Source: Sphyrna mokarran (Eukaryota). Taken from it: 64,000 nucleotides of DNA. Positions 63,054-64,000 of this stretch are shown here, one piece after another. Location: NCBI GenBank assembly GCA_024679065.1, contig JAGIQG010000009.1, positions 69,688,001 through 69,752,000 of the forward strand, in the 5' to 3' direction. Numbering within the stretch: the first letter of the stretch is position 1; every line of letters starts with the position of its first letter. Under the pieces are notes generated by a model that made no database searches, was not told the origin of the DNA, and saw nothing but the letters and a program-made list of their open reading frames with translations. A program made the translations under genes and the position numbers.

Positions 63054-64000
63054 ATATCAAAAAGTCTTGCTTTCCTTCTCAGCTTTGTGTCATGGGTATG
63101 AAATTGGTTATTATCAATGCCACAGGTTTCGGTTTTAGCTAGCAATTCATTATGTGGAAATATAACAAACCAGCTTTGAACATCCATGTCCATGACATCT
63201 ATTCATTTTTTGTCCAACACCTCAATGATTGTTGAAGATGTCAATTAGGTTAGCTAGACAAAATTTTCATAAAACCATCCCACCTGTCTCTAATCAGTCT
63301 AAACCTTTTCAACTCCTTACTTCATTTCTCTGATGAGAGATTGCAGCAATTTCTCCACAACTGACAAAACTCACCAGCCTACAAGAATTGAGTTGTCTCT
63401 TCCTCCACTTGATTAATAGTTTTAAACTGTAGCATCTTCCAATCCTCTAGTCTCATCCACAAATCCAATAACTTTGGAAAACTCATTGCCAAATACTTTG
63501 CTTTTTAAGTTGCAATTTAGGATAAAATTTATTATGCAAAAACTAATGTAAGTATTAATTGCTCAGGGAAGAGTCAATAACATAAGGGTTTGAATTGGGA
63601 AAACTATTATGTCTGAGTCACTAATCAACTTCATAATTGATAATTCACATTCTCTACAGTATAAGACTGACAACTTGTCAATCTATGGTTAACATTGACA
63701 ATGAAGATCCAAAAGGCTATATATAATGGTGGCGGCAACTATTGAAACCTGATGATTTTAGGGATTTGTTATTTAGAGCAAATAAAACAATGAAAGTTAA
63801 GGTCCACCTTGAGTAAGACAAGATTTCATAGCTTCCCAAGGTGAAGTTCATAAAAGATAGTGGCATAGGGGTAATGTCACTGGGCTTGTAAGTGGGCAGA
63901 GGCCTGAGATTCTGAAGGACATGGATTTGAAACCCACCATGGCAGCTGATTAACAGGCATTCAATTCAAGGGCAATTAGGGATGGACAATAAATGCTAGC

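Overview
Vertebrate genomic DNA, not prokaryotic. The repeat content (HE1/V-SINE-like and Deu-domain SINEs, CR1 LINEs, Penelope-like relics) points to a cartilaginous fish, probably a shark. One complete protein-coding ORF is present: an intact APOBEC4 whose whole CDS lies in one exon (60368-61495, +). A likely alternative first coding exon of RGL1 lies on the opposite strand (4031-4225, -) in CpG-rich sequence, matching the APOBEC4/RGL1 neighbourhood I recall from human. The rest is intronic or intergenic and rich in transposons. It includes two large, oppositely oriented copies of one CR1 family (about 6.2-8.9 kb, - and 53.7-57.7 kb, +), a third 3'-only copy, many SINEs, MITE-like elements and microsatellites. 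Most notable observations: (i) a perfect U_UUA_AAC -1 slippery heptamer placed exactly at the CR1 ORF1 stop/ORF2 junction; (ii) a SINE head plus core embedded in that LINE family's 3' UTR; (iii) a candidate RFX/FOX-type, possibly bidirectional promoter and a uORF-dense leader for APOBEC4; (iv) Penelope-like relics with hammerhead-core remnants, one inserted with an 11-bp TSD just upstream of the RGL1-like exon. I found no firm evidence of a wholly new multi-gene system. All family and gene assignments come from recalled motifs, not database searches, and repeat boundaries are approximate.
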